64,000 bases of DNA, taken from Thermodesulfobacteriota bacterium. GTDB lineage: Bacteria > Desulfobacterota > Desulfobaccia > Desulfobaccales > 0-14-0-80-60-11. The DNA lies in assembly GCA_049322315.1 (NCBI GenBank), contig JBMORF010000076.1, forward strand, positions 73,221 to 137,220, written 5' to 3'. Shown piece by piece: positions 38,322-46,979 of the stretch. Each line of letters opens with the position of its first letter. Positions within the stretch are counted from its first letter, which is position 1. Both the position numbers and the translations under genes were made by a program. The notes beneath the pieces are model-generated. The model had not been told where the DNA came from and made no database searches. It worked only from the letters and a program-made list of their open reading frames with translations.

Positions 38322-38777
38322 TTATTCTTTTCCCAGGGGCACGCAGAGGACGGGGCAGGGAAGGAGGCGCACCACTTTCTCGGCGGTGGAGCCGAAAAAG
38401 ACCTCTTCCAGGGGGGCCTGCCCCCGATTGCCATGTCCTCCCAGGACCACCAAATCCACCGCCAAGTCCCGGGCCAACACGGAAATCTGTTGAAAGGGGA
38501 CTCCCACCGTCACCATGCTCTCGATTTGCAGGGTTTCCGGGTCGCAATATTTGATAAAGGACTGCAGTTGCTCGTTGGCCCGTTCCCTTAGTTCCGGGAT
38601 CAGGGTTTCGGGCGCCACCTTCATGTGGTCCGCCAGAATTGCCACCCGGCGTTCATTAATGACATGGAGGAGGATAATCTTGGCGCGAAAAGGCCGGCCC
38701 AACTTTTTTGCGGTCTGAAAGGCGGAGCAGGCGCATTCGGAAAAATCGGTGGCTAATAGAATGGATTGCAGGTCCAT
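38322..38777 (-). CDS. Universal stress protein (UspA family)
   Basis: 'ILLATDFSE', 'ILLHVIN' and the ATP-binding 'LVVLGGHGNRGQAPLEEVFFGSTAEKVVRLLPCPVLCV'. Confidence 0.8.
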   Translation of the reverse strand: MDLQSILLATDFSECACSAFQTAKKLGRPFRAKIILLHVINERRVAILADHMKVAPETLIPELRERANEQLQSFIKYCDPETLQIESMVTVGVPFQQISVLARDLAVDLVVLGGHGNRGQAPLEEVFFGSTAEKVVRLLPCPVLCVPLGKE

Positions 38778-38795
38778 TTCTCGCGTTCCAAAAAA

Positions 38796-38917
38796 TTAAC
38801 CACAGAGATACACAGAACACAGAGATACACAGAGACAATAACTTTGCTTTGGCGCTTTGCGCCGAAGCAAAAATTTTCCTCTGTGAAACTCTGTGTCCTC
38901 TGGGTTTCCGTGGTTAA
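38796..38917. repeat. 'cacagag' nested long hairpin, copy D2
   Basis: ttaaccacagagatacacagaacacagagatacacagaga ... tttggcgctttgcgccgaa ... ctctgtgaaactctgtgtcctctgggtttccgtggttaa. Confidence 0.85.
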
Positions 38918-38926
38918 TCTTTCTTT

Positions 38927-39490
38927 TTACTTCACTTTGCCCTTAATCTCCTTCAGGGCCTCGTCCGCGTTTTCAAAAGAGCCGATGTGGACCCAGAGAA
39001 TCTTGCCGGATTTATCCAGCAGCACGCTCACCGGATAGGGATGGAATTTCAGGGCATCCCCGAAGACGCTCTTGGGATCTGCAATAACCGGAAAGGGGAT
39101 CTTTTGAAAAGCTTTCCACATTTTTGCGGCATTGGCATCATTTCCCTGGGCCAGTGACATGAACTTCACTTTGTCTTTAAGGGCGGCATCGTTCTGGACC
39201 TGGGAGAAAAGCTGATTCATGATGGGAGCCTGGGCCAGACAATGGGGACAGGTGGTGCTGAACTGCTCCACCAGGATATAGGGAGCTTTAATGTCCTTTA
39301 AAGTGAATTCCCCGGCCTTGGCCAGGCCGAAATACTTGGCGTCCTCATCGGTCATGGGTTTAGGGAATTTTACGTTGCCTACGGACTGCCCCGCTGTGGG
39401 TTCCTTCTCCTGAGCAGAGGAAACGGCGGTGCAGAAGACTAACAACGCCAGACAGCACCCCAAGGCTAACCACCGGCTTTTCCGGTTCAT
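38927..39490 (-). CDS. TlpA/ResA-like periplasmic thiol:disulfide oxidoreductase
   Basis: Start at MNRKSRWLALGCCLALLVF (signal or lipoprotein-like). Thioredoxin motif 'STTCPHC'. Confidence 0.7.
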   Translation of the reverse strand: MNRKSRWLALGCCLALLVFCTAVSSAQEKEPTAGQSVGNVKFPKPMTDEDAKYFGLAKAGEFTLKDIKAPYILVEQFSTTCPHCLAQAPIMNQLFSQVQNDAALKDKVKFMSLAQGNDANAAKMWKAFQKIPFPVIADPKSVFGDALKFHPYPVSVLLDKSGKILWVHIGSFENADEALKEIKGKVK

Positions 39491-39726
39491 TGCATACCCC
39501 TTTCGCGGTTTTTGGCAAAATATAGAATAACCGCGGCCAAAGGGCAAGCAAAGAATAAGAGGGTTTGTGAATGTAAGCAGTGGAAGTCTGCATCACTTGC
39601 CCCTTACCCACCTAAATTTTTCCTAACATCCACCAGTTACTCTAAGGTTCTGTCATTTTTTTAACGATAAGAAACTTATATTGAACCGTGCTGCAAATCC
39701 TGAATTCGAAAGTGAGACCTCGGACC

Positions 39727-41523
39727 ATGGACTCGGTCATCAAAATCATCGTCATCACCTCAGTTGCAGTACAATTTACCGCGGCCATCCTGGCTTTCCG
39801 GCTAATTTCCATCACCGGCAGGAGAATTGCCTGGATTTTCATCGCCTCGGCCACTTTACTCATGGCCCTCAGACGTTGCCTGACCTATTATGGTTGGCTT
39901 CTCGATTCCCCATCGCTTTCCGCCGACCTTGCCTCGGCCATCGCCTCCCTGGCGATTTCCATATCCATGCTACTGGGCGTGGCCCTGATCGTGCCTTTAT
40001 TTTCAGCCATCGATAAAGACAAAAAGCGGCTGGCCCAGAGCCAGCAGGAATTTCAATCGCTGGTCAACAACATCCCGGCCATAGTCTTTACGTGGGATAA
40101 GGATGAAACCGTAAGGTTTTATGACAATAAAGTCCTGGAGCTAACCGGTTATCCTCGGGATATGTTCGAGAAGAATATCATAAAATGGCCGGATATTGTG
40201 GTGGCGGCAGATTGGGAAAAAGGCAAGAAAGTCCTCATCAATGCCTGGAAAACTGATTTGTCTTATGTCCGGGAGTACAGAATAATCCATAAAAACGGAC
40301 ACCATGTCTGCCTCCAGGAAAGGAGCCGGATTATTTGTGATGCTGATCATAACATCAAGTATATCAACGGGGTATTCTTCGATATTACGGAAAAACGGCA
40401 GATTGAAGACACCTTGCAAGGAGCCATGGCCAAACTTGAGAATACGGTTACGGAAATAAACAAACATAACCAACAGATCTCCTTGCTGAATGAAATGGGG
40501 GAATTGCTTCAGGCGTGCCTCACTTGTCAAGAAGCCTACCAAAGTATTGCCCAGGTGCTCCCTAAATTCTTTCCCGAACTGGCAGGCATTCTCTTTATGG
40601 TCACCCCTCGGCAAAGCAAATTTATCCAGGCCGTCATTAGCTGGGGAGGCATCTCCGCTAATGAAGATGTATTCACGGTAAACGGGTGTTGGGCCTTGCG
40701 GCGTGGCGGGGTGCATCTCGGCAATAATTATGCATCCGGTTTAATTTGCACACATATTCCGGCGGCAACCACCGATTATATGTGTGTTCCTTTAATCGCC
40801 CAGAGCGAAATTTTAGGCCTGATTTATCTGCAGCCCGCCGACCTTAGCTCCCAAAATATCCCGGAAGCATCGGCAGATTCTTGGTTAGCCCAGAATCAGC
40901 ATTTGGCCACCACCGTGGCCAAGCAAATCTCCATGGCCCTGGCCAACCTGAACTTGCGGGAAAGCCTGCATATGCAGGCCATTATCGATCCCTTAACGGG
41001 TCTGTACAATCGGCGCTATATGGAAGAGACCCTGGAACGGGAAATACACCGGGGCCGGAGAAGGAAAGCTCCCTTAGGGATCATTCTGATGGACCTCGAT
41101 TATTTTAAACGGGTTAACGACACCTATGGCCATGAAGCCGGCGATACTTTACTGGCGGCCATCGGCAGGTTTCTCAAGAAGCATATCCGCCGGGAGGATG
41201 TCCCCTGCCGCTATGGGGGAGAGGAATTTTTACTGATATTACCGGATGCCTCTTTGGAAAATTCTTATAAGCGGGCGGAAGAATTGCGCCACTTATTGGG
41301 CCGGCTTGATATCAAGCATCAGGGACAATCTTTGGGCAAGATCACCGCTTCCTTGGGGGTAGCCAACTGCCCCGGACATGGTGACAATGTGGAGGAAGTC
41401 ATGCGCGCCGCCGATGCCGCGCTCTATCAGGCGAAAACAGGGGGAAGAAACCAGGTGGTGGTCCACAAGGGGGCTATTACCTATGAGGGGCCGCAAGATA
41501 TTGGCCTTACCGCCACTAATTGA
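39727..41523 (+). CDS. Membrane-anchored PAS-GAF-GGDEF diguanylate cyclase
   Basis: ATG at 39727 (the track uses GTG at 39688). Two to three N-terminal TM helices. The active site 'RYGGEEFLLIL' has an RxxD I-site (RRED) 5 aa upstream. Confidence 0.85.
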   Translation: MDSVIKIIVITSVAVQFTAAILAFRLISITGRRIAWIFIASATLLMALRRCLTYYGWLLDSPSLSADLASAIASLAISISMLLGVALIVPLFSAIDKDKKRLAQSQQEFQSLVNNIPAIVFTWDKDETVRFYDNKVLELTGYPRDMFEKNIIKWPDIVVAADWEKGKKVLINAWKTDLSYVREYRIIHKNGHHVCLQERSRIICDADHNIKYINGVFFDITEKRQIEDTLQGAMAKLENTVTEINKHNQQISLLNEMGELLQACLTCQEAYQSIAQVLPKFFPELAGILFMVTPRQSKFIQAVISWGGISANEDVFTVNGCWALRRGGVHLGNNYASGLICTHIPAATTDYMCVPLIAQSEILGLIYLQPADLSSQNIPEASADSWLAQNQHLATTVAKQISMALANLNLRESLHMQAIIDPLTGLYNRRYMEETLEREIHRGRRRKAPLGIILMDLDYFKRVNDTYGHEAGDTLLAAIGRFLKKHIRREDVPCRYGGEEFLLILPDASLENSYKRAEELRHLLGRLDIKHQGQSLGKITASLGVANCPGHGDNVEEVMRAADAALYQAKTGGRNQVVVHKGAITYEGPQDIGLTATN

Positions 41524-41542
41524 CCGAATGCAGAGGGATGAT

Positions 41543-41666
41543 TTCACCACCGGGACACGGAGATCACAGAGGTTCACAGAGATAATAATTTTGGCTTGGC
41601 GCTTAGCGCCCAGCCAGAAATCTTCTCCTCCGTGCTCCTCTGTGTCTTCTGCGTTTCTGTGGTGAA
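41543..41666. repeat. 'cacagag' nested long hairpin, copy D3
   Basis: ttcaccaccgggacacggagatcacagaggttcacagag ... ttggcttggcgcttagcgcccagccag ... ctcctccgtgctcctctgtgtcttctgcgtttctgtggtgaa. Fills the gap between convergent genes. Confidence 0.85.
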
Positions 41667-41669
41667 TCC

Positions 41670-44561
41670 TTACTCTTTCCCGCCGAAAAACCGCTCTTCC
41701 CGCCAATCCACGGGGACCCGCACCAGCGGGCCCTGGCGGTGCTGGTAGAGGAGGTAGCCCTTCTCCGCGCCGAAGGTAAAGAGCCGTTGGGTGAGCAGCA
41801 CGTCCTGGCGGCAGTAGGACTCCAACTCCTCCCATTTGCCCGCGGCGTAAAGCTCCAGGGCCAACAGGCCGTCCCCGGTCTTGGCCTCCCCCAGGGTCTT
41901 TTCCGCCAGGTGGCCCAGGGAAAGGCGATGCCCCAGGTTTTTTTGGATGTCCTCCAGGATGTCCAGGGTGGGCAGGGAGGCCAGGTCAATGTTGGTGTAA
42001 GGCTGGAGCACCCGGTAGTCGAAGCGCTTGATATTGAAGCCCACTACCAGGTCCAGTTCCTGGAGGCGGCGGCCCAGATCCTCCAAATTCCCTTCCCGGT
42101 AGGTGGCCATCCGGGGCGGGTTAGACTCCCCCAGGACCGCCAGGGAGACCCCCATGCGGTGGCACTGGCCCCAGCCGCCCACGTCCGCGGCGGAGCAGCA
42201 GGTCTCCAGGTCTAAAAATCCCACTTTCCGGCCCTTGATCCAGGTTTCCGGTTCAGGTTCGGGTTTAGGAGAGGGTAGGGGGCCTACCAAAAATTCCGAC
42301 GGGGCCTCGGCCACTGCCGGAGTTTCCAACCCCAGGAGCAACCCCGCGGTGAGGACCGCGGCCTCCTTGTCCAGGGGTTTATTGCCGGAGCCGCATTTGG
42401 GGGAATGGACGCAGGAAGGGCAGCCGTCTTCGCAGGGGCAGGCGTCGATGACCTCCCGGGTGCGGATAAGCAAGTCCTCCAGGATCTCAAAGGCCCGCTC
42501 CGCCAGGCCCACACCCCCGGGGTAGCCGTCATAAATGAAAATCGCGGCGCGGCCCACCTGGGGGTGCGCCGGGTGCGAGATGCCGCCGATGTCGTAGCGG
42601 TCCGCCAGGGTGAAGAGGGGGAACATGCTGATAAGCACGTGCTCCAGAGCATGGATGCCCCCCATGAAATGGCGGCCCGCCGCGTAGACCGCGTTCTTCA
42701 CCTCGTCCGGAATCTCCAGCCACATGCCCACGGTCTCAAAGATGGAAGGCGGCAGGTCCAGGGGCGCCACGCCCATAAGCTCCTGGCCCGGCAGCCGCCG
42801 TTTTTCGTAGCTCAGCAGGCGCTCGGTGACTTTGAGCCGCCCGGTGCAGGCGGTAAATTGGGCGATACGGCGCTTCTCCCGCACCTCCAGGATTTCCGTC
42901 TCTTTATCCGACTGGATGCGGGTGAAATAATTGGGTTCGATGGGCTCCACCCAGATATTGCGGCGCTCCAGGTCCAATCTCTGCACCGTATAGGTCTTGG
43001 CCTTGTGGAGATAAACCGCGCCGGGGTGGCACTCCCTAAAAGCCCGGTGTCCGTCCACGGAACCCAAAGGTTTTTTGCGGCCTTCCAGAAAGATGGGAAA
43101 GCTGTCCCCCACCCCCCGGATATTCACTTCCTTTTGGGGAAAACGGGCCCGGGCGAACCAGGCGTCGGCGCCGTGCCCCTGGAGGAGGTGGTTGGTCCGG
43201 GCCAGTTCCTGGACCACCGCGTCATAAGCCTTGAGGTCAAAGAAAGCATCATCCTCCCGCAAAGGCAGTTCCTGGGCGGCGCAGGGGAGGTGTTCTTTGA
43301 CTACGTAAATGTTATCCGGGTCCACCACCGCGGTCTCCAGCGGCCTCCCGAAGAACTGGTCCGGGTATTTAATAAAATACTGGTCCAGGGCGTCGGCCTG
43401 GGCCACCAGGACGATGAGGGAGTCCCGGCCCTGGCGGCCCACCCGGCCGGCCCGCTGCCAGGTGGTGACCATGGTGCCGGGGTAGCCCACCAGGATACAG
43501 ACGTCCAGGCCGCCGATATCGATGCCCATCTCCAGGGCGCTGGTGGAAATCACCCCCCGCATACGGCCGGAGGCCAGGGCCTGTTCGATCTCCCGGCGCT
43601 CCTCCGGCAGGAACCCTGCGCGATACGAGCTGATATAGCGGCGCAGCTCCGGCGCCAGGCGCTGGGACCAGAGGTGGATCAATTCCGTGAGCTTCCGGGC
43701 CTGGGTGAAGCAAATAGTGGCCAGACCCTCCCGGATGGCCTGGGCGAAGATTTGAGCGGCCACGTTGGGCGCGCCCTGGGGCGGATTCAAAAAAAGAAAA
43801 TGCCGGCCCGACAGGGGCGCGCCGCTCTCAGCAATGGTCTCCACCTCCAGGCCCGTGAGTTTAAAAATAAAATCCGCGGGCTTGGCAATGGTGGCCGAAG
43901 AAAAGATGAATTGGGGCGAGGCGCCGTAGTGGGCGCAGATGCGCCTGAGGCGTCTGAGCACCTGGGCCATGTGGCTGCCCATGATGCCCCGGTAGGTGTG
44001 GACCTCGTCCACCACCACGAATTTCAGGCCCTTGAAGAAATCCACCCAGGTGCCGTGGTAGGGCATGATCCCCAGGTGCAGCATGTCGGGGTTGCTGATG
44101 AGCACGTGCGGAGGCCGGGCTTTCAAGGCCTGGCGGTCCCCGGGGGGCGTGTCGCCGTCATAAATCCCGGCCCGTAGGAAAGGGGAGGGCAGGGCCGCGT
44201 CCAGTTCCTTCAACGCCTTAAGCTGGTCCTGCTCCAGGGCTTTCAAGGGAAAGAGATAGAGAGCGTGGCCCCGGGGGTCTTTAAAAAGGGCCTCCAGCAC
44301 CGGCAGATTATAGATCAAGGTCTTGCCGCTGGCCGTGGGCGTGGCCACCAGGATATTTTGTCGTGCCCGGATATGGGCCAACGCCTGAGCCTGATGGCAG
44401 TAAAGCCGGGGAATGCCCAACTTCTTCAAAGCCGCCACCAGGGAAGGGGCCAGGCTGGTCTCCCCATACTCCGCGGGCTTATCCGGCAGGTAATGATAAT
44501 GGGTGAGAATATCCCGGTGTTCCGCGCCGGTTTTCAGGGAGTGGATGAAGTCGGTTAGCAT
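41670..44561 (-). CDS. MrfA/YprA-like DEAD/DEAH helicase (DUF1998 Zn domain) fused to a YprB/MrfB-like RNase-H-fold exonuclease
   Basis: Walker A 'ATPTASGKT', 'DEVH', 'SATI' and helicase C motifs. Cys4 cluster 'CPCEDGCPSCVHSPKCGSGN' (42387-42446). The C-terminal region is listed as the next feature. Confidence 0.85.
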   Translation of the reverse strand: MLTDFIHSLKTGAEHRDILTHYHYLPDKPAEYGETSLAPSLVAALKKLGIPRLYCHQAQALAHIRARQNILVATPTASGKTLIYNLPVLEALFKDPRGHALYLFPLKALEQDQLKALKELDAALPSPFLRAGIYDGDTPPGDRQALKARPPHVLISNPDMLHLGIMPYHGTWVDFFKGLKFVVVDEVHTYRGIMGSHMAQVLRRLRRICAHYGASPQFIFSSATIAKPADFIFKLTGLEVETIAESGAPLSGRHFLFLNPPQGAPNVAAQIFAQAIREGLATICFTQARKLTELIHLWSQRLAPELRRYISSYRAGFLPEERREIEQALASGRMRGVISTSALEMGIDIGGLDVCILVGYPGTMVTTWQRAGRVGRQGRDSLIVLVAQADALDQYFIKYPDQFFGRPLETAVVDPDNIYVVKEHLPCAAQELPLREDDAFFDLKAYDAVVQELARTNHLLQGHGADAWFARARFPQKEVNIRGVGDSFPIFLEGRKKPLGSVDGHRAFRECHPGAVYLHKAKTYTVQRLDLERRNIWVEPIEPNYFTRIQSDKETEILEVREKRRIAQFTACTGRLKVTERLLSYEKRRLPGQELMGVAPLDLPPSIFETVGMWLEIPDEVKNAVYAAGRHFMGGIHALEHVLISMFPLFTLADRYDIGGISHPAHPQVGRAAIFIYDGYPGGVGLAERAFEILEDLLIRTREVIDACPCEDGCPSCVHSPKCGSGNKPLDKEAAVLTAGLLLGLETPAVAEAPSEFLVGPLPSPKPEPEPETWIKGRKVGFLDLETCCSAADVGGWGQCHRMGVSLAVLGESNPPRMATYREGNLEDLGRRLQELDLVVGFNIKRFDYRVLQPYTNIDLASLPTLDILEDIQKNLGHRLSLGHLAEKTLGEAKTGDGLLALELYAAGKWEELESYCRQDVLLTQRLFTFGAEKGYLLYQHRQGPLVRVPVDWREERFFGGKE
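41711..42254 (-). other. C-terminal RNase-H-like (YprB/MrfB-type) exonuclease domain of the helicase
   Basis: 'VGFLDLETCC' (DxE), 'LVVGFNIKRFDYRVL' and 'YCRQDVLLT' (an H/Y-x3-D-like motif), about aa 770-950. Confidence 0.6.
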
Positions 44562-44577
44562 AGTGGTCAGTGGTCAG
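44562..44577 (+). repeat. Heptamer tract, agtggtc/agtggtc
   Basis: agtggtcagtggtcag abuts the helicase ATG (44561) and contains the stop of ORF 44574..44933. Confidence 0.7.
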
Positions 44578-44933
44578 AATGTAGGGCGGGCACTGCCCGC
44601 CATTTCTTCTCGCTCGTCAGGTTGAACGCTTGGTGAAGCTTTATTTCTTGAGCGGATCAAGTCCAATTCTTGGCGAAGATCGTTTACCTTGCCGCGTACA
44701 GGGCTTTCAAAATGGTTGTCAAAAATGTTAGCGTGCCTATCTATCAGGGCTCTCTTGTTGCTGGGTGATTCCGTGCAGAGAAAATTATAAAAATACAAAT
44801 ACTCCTTAATCATGCCGGCACGTTCGAATTTCTGGCGGACAGTTAATTTTTTGTATCCACGCGTTTTTGGGTCTTGGAGTTCCCTCTCTTGCTCTGAAAT
44901 GATGTCAGAATGAAGGCGGGCAGTGCCCGCCAT
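44574..44933 (-). CDS. Small hypothetical protein in an AT-rich cassette; both termini encoded by GC hairpins
   Basis: 119-aa ORF. The core (44640-44880) is visibly AT-rich. The first 6 and last 8 codons derive from the ggcgggca(c/g)tgcccgcc hairpins. No family was recognised. Confidence 0.3.
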   Translation of the reverse strand: MAGTARLHSDIISEQERELQDPKTRGYKKLTVRQKFERAGMIKEYLYFYNFLCTESPSNKRALIDRHANIFDNHFESPVRGKVNDLRQELDLIRSRNKASPSVQPDEREEMAGSARPTF

Positions 44934-45037
44934 ACATTAAAATCGGTGGCACAGGCGTCTCGCCTATGCCCGCGCCGACGCAGGCTAAAGCCTGCGGCTA
45001 CCAAAAATTTTGCGGAGGGCGGGCGAGGACGCCCACC

Positions 45038-45082
45038 CTACTGACCACTGATTACTGATCCCTGGCCCCTAATCCCTAACCC
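45038..45082 (+). repeat. Mixed heptamer tract (ctgacca/ctgatta/ctgatcc, cccctaa-type)
   Basis: ctgaccactgattactgatccctggcccctaatccctaacccc. Confidence 0.7.
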
Positions 45083-45279
45083 CAATACGGTTCACTTAAG
45101 AGGTTAGGAATCGGTGGGCAGTGCCCACCCTACGTTATGTCATTCTGAACGGAGCGAAGCGGAGGGAAGAATCTCTGCTTCTCCAGGAAGTTAGAAATTA
45201 TTCGGTTGCCTCCGGCTCCCTGAGAATGACATTTTAAATGACTTCCTTTCATCTTGATACGCCTAAGTGAACAGCATTG
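45083..45279 (+). mobile_element. 197-bp MITE, copy B1
   Basis: TIRs are caatacggttcacttaag ... c(c/t)taagtgaacagcattg. It contains an internal ggtgggcagtgcccaccc hairpin and a gtcattctgaacggagcgaagcgg...gctccctgagaatgac inverted pair. Near-identical copy at 62051-62247. Confidence 0.8.
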
Positions 45280-45340
45280 CCCCTAACCCCTAACCCCTAA
45301 CCCCTGCCCACTGGCTACTGACTACTGGCTACTGGCTACT
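45280..45340 (+). repeat. Heptamer tracts, cccctaa x3 then ctggcta/ctgacta x4
   Basis: cccctaacccctaacccctaacccctgcccactggctactgactactggctactggctact. Overlaps the stop codon of 45340..46413. Confidence 0.85.
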
Positions 45341-46413
45341 CACTTCGTGCCCACGTCCACGTGCTCCCAGTCCGTGGTGTTGAAGTTATAGTAGAACCAT
45401 TCCTGGGGCAGGCGGCAGCCCAGCCATTTGGCCGTGGTGTAGACCCAGCCGGGCATGTTCCGGGCATCGAGTTTATGCATGGCGTCCCGGTTGAACTGGC
45501 GGATGGAATCGCTGATGGGATTGGGGGAGCCGTCCTTGACGCCGTTACCCCGGAAATTATAGTCATTCAGGTCCAGGGCCAGTCCTAAGCGGTGGTTGGA
45601 GCCGGGAGAATGGCGGCCGTGGTACATGGCGGCCCAATCCGGGAATTGGCACAGGGCCACGGTGGCGGCCAGAGAAGCGCCTTTCTCGTCCGGGAAGCTC
45701 AGGCACTCCGCAATAACCGGGGCGCCGCCGGCCTTGGCCGAGAAGGTGTCTTCTCCTCCTCTTACCACTAACAGGGGCACCCGGCGGTTGACGTCGTAGT
45801 AGCCCTCCCGGAAGATGTATTCCAGGAGCAGGCCCACCAGGGGCGCGAATTTGCTGTTGATTTCGATCTGCAATCGCTCTATCCGGTAATGGGCCTTATC
45901 GTTAATGGCCCTCATTTTCCCCACGTGCCAGACATAGCCGCAGGGCCGGTGCGGGTTCGCCGCCACGGTCTGCCATTTCTTCTCGAAGCCGCAGTAAGTC
46001 TTGATCTTTTTGGCCCCGGCGGGCACCCAGACGGGAACACTCAAAGTCACCCCCACCTGGTCGCCCTGGGGAAAGCGGCGGCGGCGCAGGTCCTCCCAGG
46101 AGACTTCCCCGCATAAGGGCCTTAAGTTCAGGGTTTGATGGCGCAGTTCCACCAGGCGCCCAACGCCCAACAGCCTTTTGGCTAGGCGCACCTTGGTGAG
46201 AAAGTCCCGATCCCGGTCCCGGGGCGTCATCTGGGGGTCATATTTCAGGGCCACCTGGCGCATAACCCTAACGGCCTGGGGGGCCTGGGAAGTTTCCAGA
46301 ATATCAGGTGGGGAAGGGGCGACGCCGGCGCCCCGTGCTGCGGCCGGCCAGCCCGGGGTGAGGCAGATCGCCAGGACCAATAACGCCAGGACGGACCGGG
46401 ATCGCATGGCCAT
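45340..46413 (-). CDS. Secreted peptidase-M15-like (VanY / D-Ala-D-Ala carboxypeptidase fold) protein
   Basis: Start at MAMRSRSVLALLVLAICL (signal peptide). Zn motif 'SNHRLGLALDL' (Hx6D). C-terminal 'DWEHVDVG' supplies the second His. Confidence 0.55.
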   Translation of the reverse strand: MAMRSRSVLALLVLAICLTPGWPAAARGAGVAPSPPDILETSQAPQAVRVMRQVALKYDPQMTPRDRDRDFLTKVRLAKRLLGVGRLVELRHQTLNLRPLCGEVSWEDLRRRRFPQGDQVGVTLSVPVWVPAGAKKIKTYCGFEKKWQTVAANPHRPCGYVWHVGKMRAINDKAHYRIERLQIEINSKFAPLVGLLLEYIFREGYYDVNRRVPLLVVRGGEDTFSAKAGGAPVIAECLSFPDEKGASLAATVALCQFPDWAAMYHGRHSPGSNHRLGLALDLNDYNFRGNGVKDGSPNPISDSIRQFNRDAMHKLDARNMPGWVYTTAKWLGCRLPQEWFYYNFNTTDWEHVDVGTK

Positions 46414-46492
46414 TATTGTATGTGAGCCGGGGAGGGCAGTCAACGCGAGAATGACTTGGCCCCGGAAGAAGAAGATAAAGCACCTGATGGTG

Positions 46493-46672
46493 TTAGGATT
46501 TTTCTTTCTTCGCGTATTTCTGGGGCTCCGCCGCGAACTTCTCTTTACAGAGTTTGGAGCAGAAATAATAAACCTCATCTTCAAAATCGTACATGTGCTT
46601 GCCGTGGATTTCGCTCAGTTCCATATTGCAGACCGGGTCGATGTCACACTTGGGTTTTTCTACCGCAGACAT
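46493..46672 (-). CDS. YHS/TRASH-domain metal-binding protein
   Basis: Start at MSAVEKPK (a ggggagga SD lies upstream). 'DPVCNMEL...YYFCSKLCKEKF'. Confidence 0.7.
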   Translation of the reverse strand: MSAVEKPKCDIDPVCNMELSEIHGKHMYDFEDEVYYFCSKLCKEKFAAEPQKYAKKEKS

Positions 46673-46828
46673 TTTCTTCCTCCCCTGGTGATTATTCATT
46701 TATAAGTTAATGGTTCTGACCCCGGCCGTCATCGGCCTGGGGGGAGATTTCTTAAAAAACTAGCGAAATTTCACGAATTGAATAGTGGTGTATTTCAGAA
46801 TTAAAGCGACATCTGTAAGGAAGGTCTT

Positions 46829-46915
46829 TTAACCCCCCTTTCCTAAAGGGGGGGCAGGGGGGATTCTTGTAAGCCTTTAAAATCCCCCTAAATCCCCCTT
46901 TAGAAAAGGGGGACT
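46829..46915. repeat. ccccc/ggggg-box repeat, inverted dimer, copy C1
   Basis: aacccccctttcctaaagggggggcaggggggatt ... aaatccccctaaatccccctttagaaaagggggac. Confidence 0.8.
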
Positions 46916-46979
46916 TTAGAAGGTCTTGGAAGGACCAAATATATTAGCTGACATACAATATATCAAATATAACAGCAGG

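Noticed and set aside
42405-44177. 590-aa ORF antisense to the helicase gene
   Set aside because: It has no recognisable motifs and a skewed Gly/Arg/Pro/His composition, while the opposite strand encodes a complete DEVH helicase.
45280-45305. Telomere-like cccctaa repeats
   Set aside because: There are only three units. They are one of many heptamer variants interspersed in intergenic DNA of an otherwise ordinary bacterial chromosome segment.
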